IMG/VR virus record: IMGVR_UViG_3300020207_000023
Location: 1-62,038 of that record
Direction: 5' to 3' (one strand)
DNA: 62,038 nt
From: a virus
Lineage: Duplodnaviria > Caudoviricetes
In this document: piece by piece, positions 36,097 through 47,900 of the stretch
Numbering within the stretch: position 1 is the stretch's first letter
Layout: every line of letters starts with the position of its first letter
Notes under the pieces: generated by a model
What the model saw: only the letters and a program-made list of their open reading frames with translations
Told to the model about the DNA's origin: nothing
Databases searched by the model: none
Position numbers and translations under genes: made by a program

Positions 36097-37128
36097 TTAG
36101 GCGGCTTTGGCGTATTCAAGAGCCTTTGCCATAGCCTTCCGCTTGACTTGGGCATTATTGCCAAACCATGCGGAGTTAAGGGCGTGGTCACGAGTCTTGG
36201 CTCGCTTTTGGTGATCCATAACATAAGTCACACCGTTTAGCGCACCCCACCAAGTCCCCTTGGCTGAAGACATATCGTGTCCTGGAGAAGTTTCAATAGC
36301 TTCCAGTATAGACTGGGAAGTTTTGGTAAACTCCTCATGAAGCGGTGGTAAGTCGGCCTCGTTAGACTTAGCGCGTTCAATAAGCAGTTTGGGCTGGAAC
36401 AACTCAGCAATGAAGTTATCCACCTGTTCCTTAGTAGCTCGTTGCTTGGCAAGGAACTCGGACTGCTGTTGGAACTGTGTCATTTGCTCACCACTAATAC
36501 CAAGTGCTGTTTCAGCGGCTTGCATAATTTCCTCGTCAAACATTTGCAAATGCAACACGCGGAACTTACCAGTCATACCCTCTTGGCTGAGCGCAAGGGT
36601 AATCGTATTGTTACACACCACACGGATGGGGGTGAACATAACAGTCATAGCAGTGCCAACCTTGTGACTGTTAGCCATGAGCAAGTAACCCTCGATCTCA
36701 TCGCCACCCGCTAACTTGAAGCCTTTCTTGATTTTAGCCAAGCCCCAAATGCGCTCGCCATCACTTAGGCTACCCGCCGTGTCCATTTCCATATGCCCTG
36801 CTTCAGTAAACTTTTTGAAGAATGACATTGTTTCGTGGTTCTGGAATGGAACAAACCCTTCACCGCAGTGCGATAGCACACGGTTATCGGTATCACGCAC
36901 CACTACATAATGGTCGTTAGCCCGAAGCATTTCGGCTTCACCGCGTGGGTCATTGAGGTTCCAAGTGTTAGGCTTGTCAGCGTAATAGACAGGCCGCTTG
37001 CTAACTGTCCAGTCAAGGCCAGCCGCTTTAAGCATTTCCTCAGGAGTAAGGTTATGCTCAACTTTTTCACCAAGCCCATGCCAAGGAACTTGTCCTGCAT
37101 AAGCCATTGTTTCTACCATATGTGCCAT
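36097..37128 (-). CDS. DUF932/DUF945 family phage protein
   Basis: PWHGLG..AGLDW, TPIRVVCNNT, GTWWGALNGVT. Confidence 0.85.
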   Translation of the reverse strand: MAHMVETMAYAGQVPWHGLGEKVEHNLTPEEMLKAAGLDWTVSKRPVYYADKPNTWNLNDPRGEAEMLRANDHYVVVRDTDNRVLSHCGEGFVPFQNHETMSFFKKFTEAGHMEMDTAGSLSDGERIWGLAKIKKGFKLAGGDEIEGYLLMANSHKVGTAMTVMFTPIRVVCNNTITLALSQEGMTGKFRVLHLQMFDEEIMQAAETALGISGEQMTQFQQQSEFLAKQRATKEQVDNFIAELFQPKLLIERAKSNEADLPPLHEEFTKTSQSILEAIETSPGHDMSSAKGTWWGALNGVTYVMDHQKRAKTRDHALNSAWFGNNAQVKRKAMAKALEYAKAA

Positions 37129-37149
37129 GATTGTTTCCTTTCTACAAAA

Positions 37150-37416
37150 CTAGGCGTCGTAACCAGCTTCCACAGTTGGAAGCACATCAAAGTCGGCAAG
37201 CGAAATGTCAAGCCAACAGGTTTCCCCCATTGCATTAAACGCAATCTGACAACGCATCTCAACATCGTTGTGCAACATTGTGTGGATAATGGGGTATTTG
37301 AAAGTATCGTCAAGTGCATCAAGAAACTTACGCTTCAGAGTGCGGTTTGCCTTACGGCGAATAGCACGGTCGTTAAGGGTAACGAAGTGCTCTTTGGTTA
37401 GGTATGGAACATCCAT
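37150..37416 (-). CDS. Hypothetical protein
   Basis: 88 aa behind TTTACA-type promoter motif. Confidence 0.55.
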   Translation of the reverse strand: MDVPYLTKEHFVTLNDRAIRRKANRTLKRKFLDALDDTFKYPIIHTMLHNDVEMRCQIAFNAMGETCWLDISLADFDVLPTVEAGYDA

Positions 37417-37515
37417 GTAATTAGCCCCTTCTATGGCTGGTTGGTTTATGCTTATATTAAATAAGTGTAGCAGTTGGATGTAAACCGCTAATAGGTCAAC
37501 CTGACAATTTAATAC

Positions 37516-39033
37516 TCACGCAGGAATTTGATAACCACGGCTGAACATGGGATGCACCAAATGTAAATGTTGTAGAGCGCGAGTAAGACCCACATAAAAC
37601 ACGCGAGCTTCATCAAAATGTTCGTTTTCAAACTTACGCCACATAGAATAGGAACGACGCATAGTGTCAGTGAGAACCATAACATTATCTGCTTGAGCTC
37701 CCTTTGCTGAGTGAATCGTTGAGATTCGGATGCGAGGCTCTTGTGTTAAGGATTCACCTTTGCGTAGACAGGCTTTAATGTAACGCTTATCTTTATCCGA
37801 TATTTTGCCCAACCCTTCATCCCAAGGGAGGCTGTGTAGTAATCCGTGGAAGTCCAGCAGATCTTGTAATCCATAACGCTGGTCTGGCTGTCCTTTACTA
37901 AAGGTTTTGTGTCCATACTCAACCTGTGTGCCTAACAACATCTGGCTATAAACAGTTCGCACCTGTTCAGCCGTTAGCATACCACCATCGCGTAGGTTTT
38001 CCCAAAGCCTAACTGATTCAAGAACTTTACCATCAATTGATTTACTGCCATTGTAGATATATAAATGTCCACGGCGGCGCACTTCTTCCTCAATCTGCTT
38101 TGCACCTCGTGTAGTGCGGCTGAGTAACAGCCAGTCACCTTCGGACATATTAACTTCTTCGGAGTGACGATGCCAATGGACAAACCCATCCTCATCCCGT
38201 GGGTTGAATTGTTTGGGTCTGCGATCAACGACGCGCTGAATTACTTTTTGGCTAAGTGCATGATGCAGGGCGGGTATCCTGTAACTTTGGTTCAGCACAG
38301 TGACACTGCCTTCAAGTCCTATGAAGTAGTCTACATCTGCACCCGCATAACGGAATATGGCTTGGTCGTCATCGCCAGCTACAAACATCTCTTTGCAGTT
38401 GGCTTGTAATAGATGTACCATTTTCCACTGCAATGGTGACAGGTCTTGCGCCTCATCAATGAACACCACCTCCAGTTTCGGTGCTAACTGACGGTAACAA
38501 AACTGCTCTAGCATATCTGTGTAGTCGAACAGTTGGTATCTATCCTTCCATGCCTTTAACCCCCTGTCTACGTAATCAACCCTAGCCCAGTCGGTTTTAA
38601 GCGGCACTGTAGAGGCATTGTAAACGCCACGCAGAGGCTGTTGCTGTATGCGAGCTATGTTAATCAGCTCAAGGAATTTATCGCCGTATCCAAAATCTTT
38701 ATACGGACCTTGGTCGGTGAGTCCTGAATTAAAGAAACCACCGATTTTTAACCAATCACCAATTTCAGTAAACTTATCCGATGTGAGAATTTGGTTATGG
38801 TTAATGCCCATCTGCATAAAGGCAAGGCTGTGAAGGGTGCGGAAGAAAGGTAAGTCGCGCCTGTGCAGTTTAAACTTTTCACAAGCACGGTCTATAGCTT
38901 CACTAGCGGCACGGCGAGTAAAGCCAAAGTAACCTATACGATCTGGTGCGACACCTTTGCTAAGATACTCTTCGACCTTGTTTAGGAGGTAGGTTGTTTT
39001 CCCTGTTCCTGGAGGTCCGAGTATAATATTCAT
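37516..39033 (-). CDS. UvrD/Rep-like SF1 helicase
   Basis: GPPGTGKT, IDEAQD, GDDDQAI, TIHSAKG, YVGLTRA. Confidence 0.92.
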   Translation of the reverse strand: MNIILGPPGTGKTTYLLNKVEEYLSKGVAPDRIGYFGFTRRAASEAIDRACEKFKLHRRDLPFFRTLHSLAFMQMGINHNQILTSDKFTEIGDWLKIGGFFNSGLTDQGPYKDFGYGDKFLELINIARIQQQPLRGVYNASTVPLKTDWARVDYVDRGLKAWKDRYQLFDYTDMLEQFCYRQLAPKLEVVFIDEAQDLSPLQWKMVHLLQANCKEMFVAGDDDQAIFRYAGADVDYFIGLEGSVTVLNQSYRIPALHHALSQKVIQRVVDRRPKQFNPRDEDGFVHWHRHSEEVNMSEGDWLLLSRTTRGAKQIEEEVRRRGHLYIYNGSKSIDGKVLESVRLWENLRDGGMLTAEQVRTVYSQMLLGTQVEYGHKTFSKGQPDQRYGLQDLLDFHGLLHSLPWDEGLGKISDKDKRYIKACLRKGESLTQEPRIRISTIHSAKGAQADNVMVLTDTMRRSYSMWRKFENEHFDEARVFYVGLTRALQHLHLVHPMFSRGYQIPA

Positions 39034-40547
39034 TAGATGATGTCTTCGTGTGTAGGCAACTCTGGCAGTGTCAATGGTTCGTCATTAGATGCAAAAAACT
39101 CTTGTGGTAATGACCACACATGAATCCCTTTGCCCTTTACACGCCAAAACATTTTTTCTGCTTCCATTCCCTGTAGCCGTAAGGTTATCTTGTTTGAAGT
39201 GTAGTGGTTGAAGTCGTTAACGGTCAGATGCTTTTTAATATCCTTGACTTGGAAGAATACTTTGCCCTCATCCCATACGGCTACGCCCTGCAATATGTCT
39301 TCACGGTCTGTACCTTTTGCTCTATCGGTGCAGAACTGCGACAACAAGTCTTCAAACTCGCCTTTAATTGTAGCATCAGGTGGCACTTCGACAATGGTTA
39401 AATTATCAAGCAGTAATTGTATCCGTGTTTGCCATGCTCTTTGGCTTACTGCGATAGGCAATTTATTGATTTGCGCTACACAATCTTTTTGGAATCGTGT
39501 CTGGCTAATCAACCCGTCTGTGCTTAATTCAACACGCTGACCATCTACATCTAGTATCCAAATAGGTGGATCGCCATCAATCTTTGTAAGGCTAGACATC
39601 TGGTTTTGCACACCAGCCGGACCAACGCCAAACTTGCGAGTAACGCATATATCCTTATTACAAAAAGGTTTGATAGGTTGATCGTCACATTTGTAATAAT
39701 AATCCTTGCGTTGTAACTGTTTGATAACCGCGCCAACCTCAGTATGACTAAGCGGCGGGTGCAAATACTCGACATTGTAACGCTGTATCAAGGCTTCCCA
39801 ATTATCAGGGTCAAACATTCGGGCATACACACCCAAGTTAAAGAGAGCATTGTTTCGTGAGCCTTCGCCAAAGCCCTGTTGACAAAGCTCATTCAAACAT
39901 GGTGGACCATCTTTTAACTTAGGTTCTGGCTCGGATATACGGTAAGCCGTAAAGTCTTCAGGCTTTATCAAGTAGCGTGTGGCTTTAGTCACAAACTCTT
40001 CAGGTGTCATAAGTTCACCCTTAAAGTCGTATACCGACCGCGTACTGAGGTCGCCCTTAAAGTAAGGCATATTCAAACCATTACCTGTATCACCACGGTC
40101 TACAAGAATGGTTGATTGTTTAGGAAATATCTCACCTTCGGCGTGGCCTAATGAAGCCGCCAGCTCGGTAAGTTTGGATTGCACAAACTCAGCTTTGAGT
40201 GCATCCGTGAAGAAGAAATAAATATGTGCGCCGCCAGATTTACTACGGCCTACCCATCCAACGATCTTAGCATCTTTGAGTTTTTTGACGAGTGCCTTAT
40301 GGTCTACATCGTATGTATCAATATCAATCGCACCCCACTTACAAAGGTTATCATCCCGGATAGGGATAATGCCTAGCCCTTGCTTACCATCTAGGTGCTG
40401 TTGCCAAAGTTCTTCAGTTGGTGGCTGTTTTATGATTTTGTAAACGCCAAGCCGCTTGCCATCACTGCGCTGTTCGTCAGGATTAAACACGCCATGCGCT
40501 CGTTTGTTACCATCAAATAGCTTTAGAAATTTCTCTGCTAAAGACAT
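39033..40547 (-). CDS. AEP-like primase with PriCT-type domain
   Basis: IDID, SKSGGAH, PPCL, EGSRNNALF. Confidence 0.75.
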   Translation of the reverse strand: MSLAEKFLKLFDGNKRAHGVFNPDEQRSDGKRLGVYKIIKQPPTEELWQQHLDGKQGLGIIPIRDDNLCKWGAIDIDTYDVDHKALVKKLKDAKIVGWVGRSKSGGAHIYFFFTDALKAEFVQSKLTELAASLGHAEGEIFPKQSTILVDRGDTGNGLNMPYFKGDLSTRSVYDFKGELMTPEEFVTKATRYLIKPEDFTAYRISEPEPKLKDGPPCLNELCQQGFGEGSRNNALFNLGVYARMFDPDNWEALIQRYNVEYLHPPLSHTEVGAVIKQLQRKDYYYKCDDQPIKPFCNKDICVTRKFGVGPAGVQNQMSSLTKIDGDPPIWILDVDGQRVELSTDGLISQTRFQKDCVAQINKLPIAVSQRAWQTRIQLLLDNLTIVEVPPDATIKGEFEDLLSQFCTDRAKGTDREDILQGVAVWDEGKVFFQVKDIKKHLTVNDFNHYTSNKITLRLQGMEAEKMFWRVKGKGIHVWSLPQEFFASNDEPLTLPELPTHEDII

Positions 40548-40664
40548 ATCTTACTCCAGTATAAAAGGGTGGGGACAGGGCATAGCAACTATAGATGATT
40601 TACCTTCCACGTCACTAGCCCCGCCCCCGAGCAACCGTAGGGCGATCAACCCCCACAGTTGAAC

Positions 40665-41474
40665 TTAGAACGGCACATCGTCATCATCTTGCTGTGACTG
40701 TTGTGCAGGGGCTTGAGTTTGCTCTGGGGCTTGCTCTTTAACCTCTACCTCACCAGACTTAACAGACTTAGCGAACGCGACTGCCATTTCAAACACGGCT
40801 TTATCACCAGCATTAGAAAGGTCAATCGGACCGACTTTGTTAATGTCCCAGCCAAACCAATTACCTTTATCATTGCTTTCAGCAACGGTAGACAGTTGGT
40901 ATTTGTGTGACATCATTGGCAAAGTGTACGGACCGTTTTTGCCTTCTGCTGTAAGTGACTGCATTTGTGTAACCCACTTGCGAGCTTTCTTCAGCTGTGT
41001 GCTAGACATAGTAATCAAGCAACGCTGTGGACCATCTTCATCAAGCAGGATTACAAAGAACTGAGCGGTGTTGGTCAGGATATTGCCGTTAGGCAGGATA
41101 TCTTCACCGCGCTCATTTTTAGTGGTAGTGTTAACGATAGCATCGTCAGGCTGGTAAGAACCATAATATCCACCGCCCTTTTCACGCGGAGCCCACTCAA
41201 CATAACGGCGATTGTAATAGCACGGCACAACCGCGATACCCTTTTCACCATCGTATGCTTTATTGGCTACAGTATTAAAGATCATGCCAGCTTCAGCACC
41301 CTCAACATACGCACCATCACGCTTATTAACCTGTGGGCTAAGTTGTGCAAGGATACGCAGAAAGGGGATAGCCATATCCTCTGAACTGGTTTCCTCAAAA
41401 CCCAGACCACCAAGGTCTTCGAACTGTGCTACTGCAAGAGCAGTGGCTTCCTTTTTTGCTACTTCAGTTGCCAT
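40665..41474 (-). CDS. Putative single-stranded DNA-binding protein
   Basis: IPFLRILAQLSPQV motif; acidic DDDDVPF tail. Confidence 0.65.
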   Translation of the reverse strand: MATEVAKKEATALAVAQFEDLGGLGFEETSSEDMAIPFLRILAQLSPQVNKRDGAYVEGAEAGMIFNTVANKAYDGEKGIAVVPCYYNRRYVEWAPREKGGGYYGSYQPDDAIVNTTTKNERGEDILPNGNILTNTAQFFVILLDEDGPQRCLITMSSTQLKKARKWVTQMQSLTAEGKNGPYTLPMMSHKYQLSTVAESNDKGNWFGWDINKVGPIDLSNAGDKAVFEMAVAFAKSVKSGEVEVKEQAPEQTQAPAQQSQQDDDDVPF

Positions 41475-41476
41475 AT

Positions 41477-42022
41477 TTACCTCCTAGTAATCTTGGCTCT
41501 TTGCCCCACGAATATACCCAACAGGTCATACGGCAAATTTTCACCTTTTTCTACCTGTTCCTTTACAAAAGACTTGAGTGTCATGGGTTCAACCCAAGTT
41601 TTTGTTTGAGTTGCCATACCGCGCTGTTCCAGCTCGGCAAGCAAATCTTTTGCGAGGTTATCCTCACCACGACCAAAAGCCGCAGTAACATGATTCTTAA
41701 TTAGCGAACCATGCCCCGCTTCAGTAAGCCAACTAAAGGCTTCCTCAGCACGGTCTTTAGCAATGCTGGCACTGTAATAAGGTGCGACCTTAATTTCACT
41801 GCCATCATCCATTTTTAGCTCAGACATACCATGCTCATCCATTGCCGCTGGGAGTAAATCCTCAGCAATTTTGCGATGGTCGCGCTTGGCGTCTTTGAGC
41901 TCTTGCTCAAGATCAGCGATCCGTTGTTCCAACATAACTTGTTGTTTACATAGGTTACTTATAGTGCTGATACCTGATTGATTAATGCTGGTTAGGTCTC
42001 CAGCCACACTTTCAAAGTCCAT
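41477..42022 (-). CDS. Conserved replication-module protein
   Basis: AFSWL..GHGSLIKN, VEPMTLKSFVKE. Confidence 0.7.
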   Translation of the reverse strand: MDFESVAGDLTSINQSGISTISNLCKQQVMLEQRIADLEQELKDAKRDHRKIAEDLLPAAMDEHGMSELKMDDGSEIKVAPYYSASIAKDRAEEAFSWLTEAGHGSLIKNHVTAAFGRGEDNLAKDLLAELEQRGMATQTKTWVEPMTLKSFVKEQVEKGENLPYDLLGIFVGQRAKITRR

Positions 42023-42345
42023 TAGGCAGACTCCTTCCTATGGTATAGATCTACTACCAACGGATAGTAACGTTCCTCTAGCCTGTCCCACTTTAATGCT
42101 TTGAACTTACCACTGTTTCTACGCGCCGCTTCAGCACAGGCAATGCCTATACATAAAGGGTCGCCTGAGAGCAGTAGGTAGTCGTCATCATTAAAGTGAC
42201 GCAAGCCACGATGAATGCGCCTAACTGTTGGCTGAGTGCTAAAAGAAACCTGTTCCTTGGCCGGAACAAGTATTTGCAGGTCACCGAAGGCAACTGCATC
42301 TGTGATATCTCTACCACGCACTTCTTGTGTAATGTAGACTGTCAC
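42022..42345 (-). CDS. Hypothetical protein
   Basis: DYLLLSGDP motif; first gene of leftward operon. Confidence 0.65.
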   Translation of the reverse strand: MTVYITQEVRGRDITDAVAFGDLQILVPAKEQVSFSTQPTVRRIHRGLRHFNDDDYLLLSGDPLCIGIACAEAARRNSGKFKALKWDRLEERYYPLVVDLYHRKESA

Positions 42346-42607
42346 GGCTTTCTACTCCGCTTTGCTTTCTACGCTGGGCGGGATTGCCCAACACAATTAC
42401 CATACGCTTTTATATATAGTAGTAAAATAAAAAAGTTATCATACTGGTCTATCCGATATTTTAATATCTGATATCTGATATCTGGGAATTGTTAATTTAC
42501 AAACGCTTACTTTGACTGGTCGCGCGGATAAAAACAAGACGCAAAAAGTGTAGTCAAGATTTTGGTTTGGGTGCTATTATACAAAGTACCCATTAGAAAG
42601 CGGTGTT
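42346..42607. promoter_or_regulatory. Divergent control region, candidate replication origin
   Basis: AT-rich; ATATCTG x3 at 42464-42484; TGCTATTAT extended -10 at 42572-42580. Confidence 0.55.
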
Positions 42608-44044
42608 ATGCGTTATAAATTTAAGTTTCAACCCTACCAGCATCAGCTGGAAGCACTGAAAAAGTCTTGGAACAAAACCGAGTTTGCCTATTTCATGGAT
42701 ATGGGAACAGGCAAATCTAAAGTGCTTATTGATAATATGTGCGTCCTGTATGACCGTGGCGAAATTACCGCCGCGCTTATTGTCGCACCCAAAGGTGTGT
42801 ATAGAAACTGGGAGCAAGGCGAACTGCCCACGCACATTCCTGACCATGTTATGTATGACACGGTGCTGTGGAATCCTAGCCAAACAAAAACACAGCTTGA
42901 AAAGCAAAAGACATTGTTTTTCCCAGATGATAACCTCAAGATTTTTGTTATGAATGTTGAGGCGTTCAGCACTAAAAAGGGCTGTGAAATAGCCGAGCGG
43001 TTTTTGCAAGCGCACAGCGCACTCATGGCTGTAGATGAAAGCACTACCATAAAAAGCAAGGATGCCAAGCGCACCAAGAACATTGTGAAAATTGGTAAGT
43101 CGGCCAGATACAGGCGTATCCTAACAGGCTCGCCAGTAACCAAAAGCCCTATGGATTTATACACACAATGTGAGTTCCTTGATTCGTGGTTGCTAGGCCA
43201 TAGTAGCTACTTTAGCTTCCAATACGAGTACGCTGTCGTGCAACGCCGTAGTATGGGAGCGCACAGTTTCAATCAGGTTGTGGGCTACCGTAACCTTGAT
43301 AAACTCAACGGCATACTGGAAAACTTCAGCTTCCGTGTTAAGAAAGAAGACTGTTTAGATTTGCCTGATAAAGTGTATATCAAGCGAGCAGTCGAGCTTA
43401 CAGATGAGCAGAAATCAGTTTACAGTAGCCTCAAAACATTTGCCCTAGCCATGCTGGAAGAAGGCTCGGTAACTACCGATACAATACTGACACAGCTATT
43501 ACGGCTACAACAGGTTTGTTCAGGCCATGTAAAATTAGATGATGGCGAAATGAAAACCTTTAACTCAGCCAAACTGCCCGAACTTATGTCTGTCCTTGAA
43601 GAAGTTGATGGCAAGGTTATCATATGGGCTAACTTCACACACGACATTAAGAACATCGAGCAAGCTATTGCAAAAGCATACGGCGAGCAAAGTGTAGCTA
43701 CATACTATGGGGAAACCGAGAGTGATGAGCGACAGGCCATTGTCAACCGTTTCCAAGACCCCAACGACCCACTTATGTATTTCGTAGGGCAACCACGGAC
43801 AGGTGGTTATGGCTTAACACTGACAGAAGCTAAGACTGTGGTGTATTACAGCAATAACTTTGACCTTGAAATACGGTTACAAAGTGAGGATAGAGCGCAC
43901 CGTATCGGGCAAACTAGCAAAGTAACATACATTGATATTGTAGCGGAAGACACAGTCGACGAGCGTATCTTGAAAGCCCTGCGGAACAAAATCAATATAG
44001 CAAGTCAAGTCCTTGCAGAAGACTTCAGGGACTGGATTGTTTAA
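42608..44044 (+). CDS. SNF2-family helicase
   Basis: MDMGTGKS, VDES, LTGSP, GYGLTL, QSEDRAHRIGQ. Confidence 0.92.
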   Translation: MRYKFKFQPYQHQLEALKKSWNKTEFAYFMDMGTGKSKVLIDNMCVLYDRGEITAALIVAPKGVYRNWEQGELPTHIPDHVMYDTVLWNPSQTKTQLEKQKTLFFPDDNLKIFVMNVEAFSTKKGCEIAERFLQAHSALMAVDESTTIKSKDAKRTKNIVKIGKSARYRRILTGSPVTKSPMDLYTQCEFLDSWLLGHSSYFSFQYEYAVVQRRSMGAHSFNQVVGYRNLDKLNGILENFSFRVKKEDCLDLPDKVYIKRAVELTDEQKSVYSSLKTFALAMLEEGSVTTDTILTQLLRLQQVCSGHVKLDDGEMKTFNSAKLPELMSVLEEVDGKVIIWANFTHDIKNIEQAIAKAYGEQSVATYYGETESDERQAIVNRFQDPNDPLMYFVGQPRTGGYGLTLTEAKTVVYYSNNFDLEIRLQSEDRAHRIGQTSKVTYIDIVAEDTVDERILKALRNKINIASQVLAEDFRDWIV

Positions 44045-44517
44045 ATCCTGCCCTTTTGCCTCATTAGCCATATAAACCATATGAAAAGGCCTATCGTTAA
44101 TACACCAAGCAGTATGATAGCGCATATCTCTAAAAACTTTTGTCGACGTTCTCTTTGACGATAAATGGTTTCCTGACGCTCTTTACGCACACGAGCTTCT
44201 GTTTTGATAAGGTCATCCCAAGCCTGTTGACCCATAGTGTATTGGATAAACGTGCGTAGCTCTTCCCTCTGTTGCTGAGCTTTGCGTTTAGCCGCAAAGA
44301 TTTCCATAGCTTCTTGCTCAACCGTTTTACTGGCTACGAGCTTTTTGAATATTGGAGGGTTTTTAGCCTCTTTTTCAGCTTGGTCAAGATCCGATAAAGC
44401 ACCCATCCAGCGACTTACATCACCAATCATGGATTCAATATCGCGGCCTACTGATATCCCTTTCTTGATAACAGCAAAAGCTGATGAGGCAGTGGCTAGT
44501 GCTGTTACAGGATCCAT
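44041..44517 (-). CDS. Coiled-coil protein with C-terminal TM helix
   Basis: MDPVTALA start, hydrophobic C-terminus; follows lysozyme. Confidence 0.65.
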   Translation of the reverse strand: MDPVTALATASSAFAVIKKGISVGRDIESMIGDVSRWMGALSDLDQAEKEAKNPPIFKKLVASKTVEQEAMEIFAAKRKAQQQREELRTFIQYTMGQQAWDDLIKTEARVRKERQETIYRQRERRQKFLEICAIILLGVLTIGLFIWFIWLMRQKGRI

Positions 44518-44966
44518 TAGGTTTCCCCAATAGCTCGCATACGATTTACCAACCGTTGTGCTCTATTAGTGACTTGCTGATACCAACGGGAATCAACCAT
44601 CTCATCAGCCGCTTTATTCCAATCACGAGCATCTACTCCTGCTTTCATACCTTTGAACTGACTAAGGCGGGGGTAGCCCATATTGAACATCATATTTGCA
44701 ATGATCAATCGCGCTTCTTCCGGAAGCTCTTCATAATCTTCGTAGAGTTTATCGCATTCAGATAATACAATATCGATATCTTTATTAAATGCTTGTACCA
44801 CTCTATCTTCGCTGACAGGCGTCCCGACTGGTGCTCCATGCTCCGGATCATCATCCCTAACAAGGTGGCCGATACCAAAAGTAGGATAACCCAAATGATC
44901 CAAGTATATCTCATACTTGCACCCTTCGTCTTCTTCTATTTCTTTTCTGAGTTGCTCTAGGTTCAT
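44517..44966 (-). CDS. Endolysin, T4-like GH24 lysozyme
   Basis: DEG....YLDHLGYPTFGIGHL, NMMFNMG, DSRWYQQV..RA. Confidence 0.9.
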   Translation of the reverse strand: MNLEQLRKEIEEDEGCKYEIYLDHLGYPTFGIGHLVRDDDPEHGAPVGTPVSEDRVVQAFNKDIDIVLSECDKLYEDYEELPEEARLIIANMMFNMGYPRLSQFKGMKAGVDARDWNKAADEMVDSRWYQQVTNRAQRLVNRMRAIGET

Positions 44967-47900
44967 GTTAAACCCATAATCCCTTGTTTGCGGTTTGCTA
45001 TAGCCCCACCTAACTCATCGCGTGGGAATAGAGAGGCATAGTCCGTAGTTGATTGTGCTGGCGCAGGAGGCGCACTAGCTAATGGCGTGTTACCTATATT
45101 CAGGCTAGGAACAGGCATAGGCGGTTGTGCTGGCGCAGGAGGCGCACTAGCTACATCTGTGGTGGGTTCTGTAGCTACAGCTGATACGTCACCCATAGAT
45201 GGAGCCATACGAGTCCGCAAGGTTTCTTCCTCCAGGGACTCACTTTGGTCTACAAAGCCCCTGCGGATATCATCAAGGATAATACCGTAAACTGAGTCTT
45301 TACCAATTTTGAAAGACTTACTACTATGGACATCTTTCATTTGTTTAACAGAAATAGGTGAAGCTAGAAACTTAGCCATCAGGTTTGCTTGGAGCACCTG
45401 TTTCAATGCGGCTATTTCTAAACCTTGCAACTGAGCAACAACAGAAGCTGATTGCAAACTTGAACCCAAATCATCAAGTTGATTAGAATACATTACATAA
45501 GTGCGGATATCAGCCAGCTCTTTCATATACTCTGGGTGCGCCGCGTTTTTGAACAAAGGCTCTAGCCTCGCATACTGACCTTCAAATTTCATAAGGCTTT
45601 GTATTTCTCTTGCCAGTATCGTTGGGTTGATAGTTTCCGCACCCAGATCAGTGCTAAACACGGTTGCTTTTTTGAGAATATCGTCAAACACAGAAGCTCG
45701 CATATTCAATGCGGCATTGCCCATGAAACCACCGTTTGCTTGTATGAACTTTGCCGCTTCAGCATCTGTCATATTAGACAACAGCGTTTTAGTTCTTGCA
45801 CCGTTGGACATATCCCGCGCAAGCGCAGAAACAACAGCATCTGAATTTAGCCATGCAGAGCGTTGTGCAATATCTTCTATTATAGCTCTATCAGCCGCAT
45901 TCGGCACAAGTTTTAGGAACAACTCAGGGTCGTTTTCTTTAATAGTACGGATACGCTGTGCAATCAAATCAGGTTTAGAAGCGAGGTCTTGCACAAAACC
46001 GTTTTGCACATCGCGTAAAAGCTGTTGCGCGGCATCCCGCCCTGCTGGTGTTTTGGAAGAGCTAATCAACCAGTTGGTCATTACATTCCAATCGGAAGAG
46101 TTAAACTCGCCAGACCAGAATTTTTTACCAAGTTCAGCAGGGTTTACCTGTGTGTTCCTTGCAAAAAAGGTATGGAGCTTACTGGCGTTCTTAACATCAG
46201 AAGCAAGTTTAGAGAGCTGTGTAGCTTCTTCCCATGCTTCCTTCCATCCAGCACCGCCGCCTTTGGGATTTTGCAAAACTTCATCTATAGACTTTAATAG
46301 CTTCACAGCATTTTGATTAGTTTGACCACCACCAAACGCAATATCAGCAACTTCGTTACGCATAGCTTGAAGTTGTTTGAGAGCATTGAAACTATAATCT
46401 TTGCCCTTATCACGAACTGAAAGTGTGGTAACTTCCTGATTCCAAACATTTTCAAACTTATCAGCGATGTTTAGTAGCCGTTGGTCTACTGATTCAATCG
46501 TTTCAGTTACTTCTTTAGCTGGTGTAGTGACAGTGCGGGTAATAGGTTTACCATCCGGACCAAGAACACCTGTTTCCACAACCTCTGTTTTAGCTTCGGT
46601 TGTACCAGCACGAGTTTGTGTGCCTACCCGAATATCTTGGGCTACCTCTTTGACAGGAGCTAAATCAAAAACAACATTTTCAGCTTCAGCAGTTTCAAAC
46701 GCACGAGTGTAGGCTTGATCAGTTACTTCCCGCAGACTTTTATCCAACTGGCCTGTAAGCATACGGATATCTTCTTGCGTTTTCTGTAGCGTTTTGGTGT
46801 CGACATTTGCACCTTCAGCACGGAGTTTATACAAGTCATCAAGCTCTGTGCTGAGCCTACGAGCAGACAAATCTAAATACTGGCGTAGTTCTGCCGCAGT
46901 AAACCCTTCAAAACCATCTGGTGATTTGGCCTTTTGGTCTAGCAACTGCCAGAGTTTTGCCTGTTGGTTATTGAACACTTGTTGCGGCGTTTTAGATAAC
47001 CCCGCTACCTGACCTTGAATCCTTTTAATAATAGGGCTATCAGTAAGCTGGGAAACCGTGAGTAGTGGTAAGCCTAACCGTTCTGCGGCTTCCTGACCTA
47101 CAATGGATTGTGGTGTGGTCTTACCAGCTAATAGGGCTGTCCTACCTGACTCACCAAAAATTGCTCGAACACGAGCCCCTACTCCAGGAGCAACTGCATT
47201 GATAGTAGCTTCCAAAGAACCGATAATAGCGGCATCTTTCAAAACAGAAGGGTCAGTCATAACATCATAAAATGAACGACCTGTTTCGTTTACTGCCCAT
47301 TGCTCAAGGATATTTGCCGCCGCCGCTGAACCACCAACAGCCGCCGAACCGAGTACGCTGGGCGGGAAAATAATCGCCGCTGTAAGAGCCGCTACATTTG
47401 TAGGCGTTACCACATTAGCTTCTACTTCAAGTAGGTCAGCTAAAAACTCTTTACCAGCTCCTGGAGCTTCTGGGTTAAAAGTAGGATCAGCACGGTATAG
47501 CGCACCATTTGGCACGACACTATACAGTTCTACCGTTTTGCCGCCGCCTACATCTATACGCAAGTAACGGCCTTCAGGGTAGTGCTTTTTGAAATACCCC
47601 CTGCGATCTTCAAACTTATTGCGGCGAGCTAAACCCTCACGCACACCTACTTTTATTGGACCGACAGTATCTGCACCTTGATAACCTTTACCGCCATACT
47701 GATCAATAATCAAGTTTTCAACACGGTTGCGCTCTAATGATTCAAGTTCAACATCGCTTTTGAAAGGTTGGTCAGTGAGCAGTTGCCCTTTGCCAATATC
47801 AGGTTCAACAGTAAGCGGCGTAAAATCATCAGGACGACCAGTACCCATATCCATAGCACCAGCCACATCTTCGGCAAACTGCGACTCTATAGCCGCACGG

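Noticed and set aside
45053-45153. 29-bp direct repeat (45053-45081, 45125-45153)
   Set aside because: In-frame ASAPPAPAQ duplication in a disordered tail; ordinary slippage.
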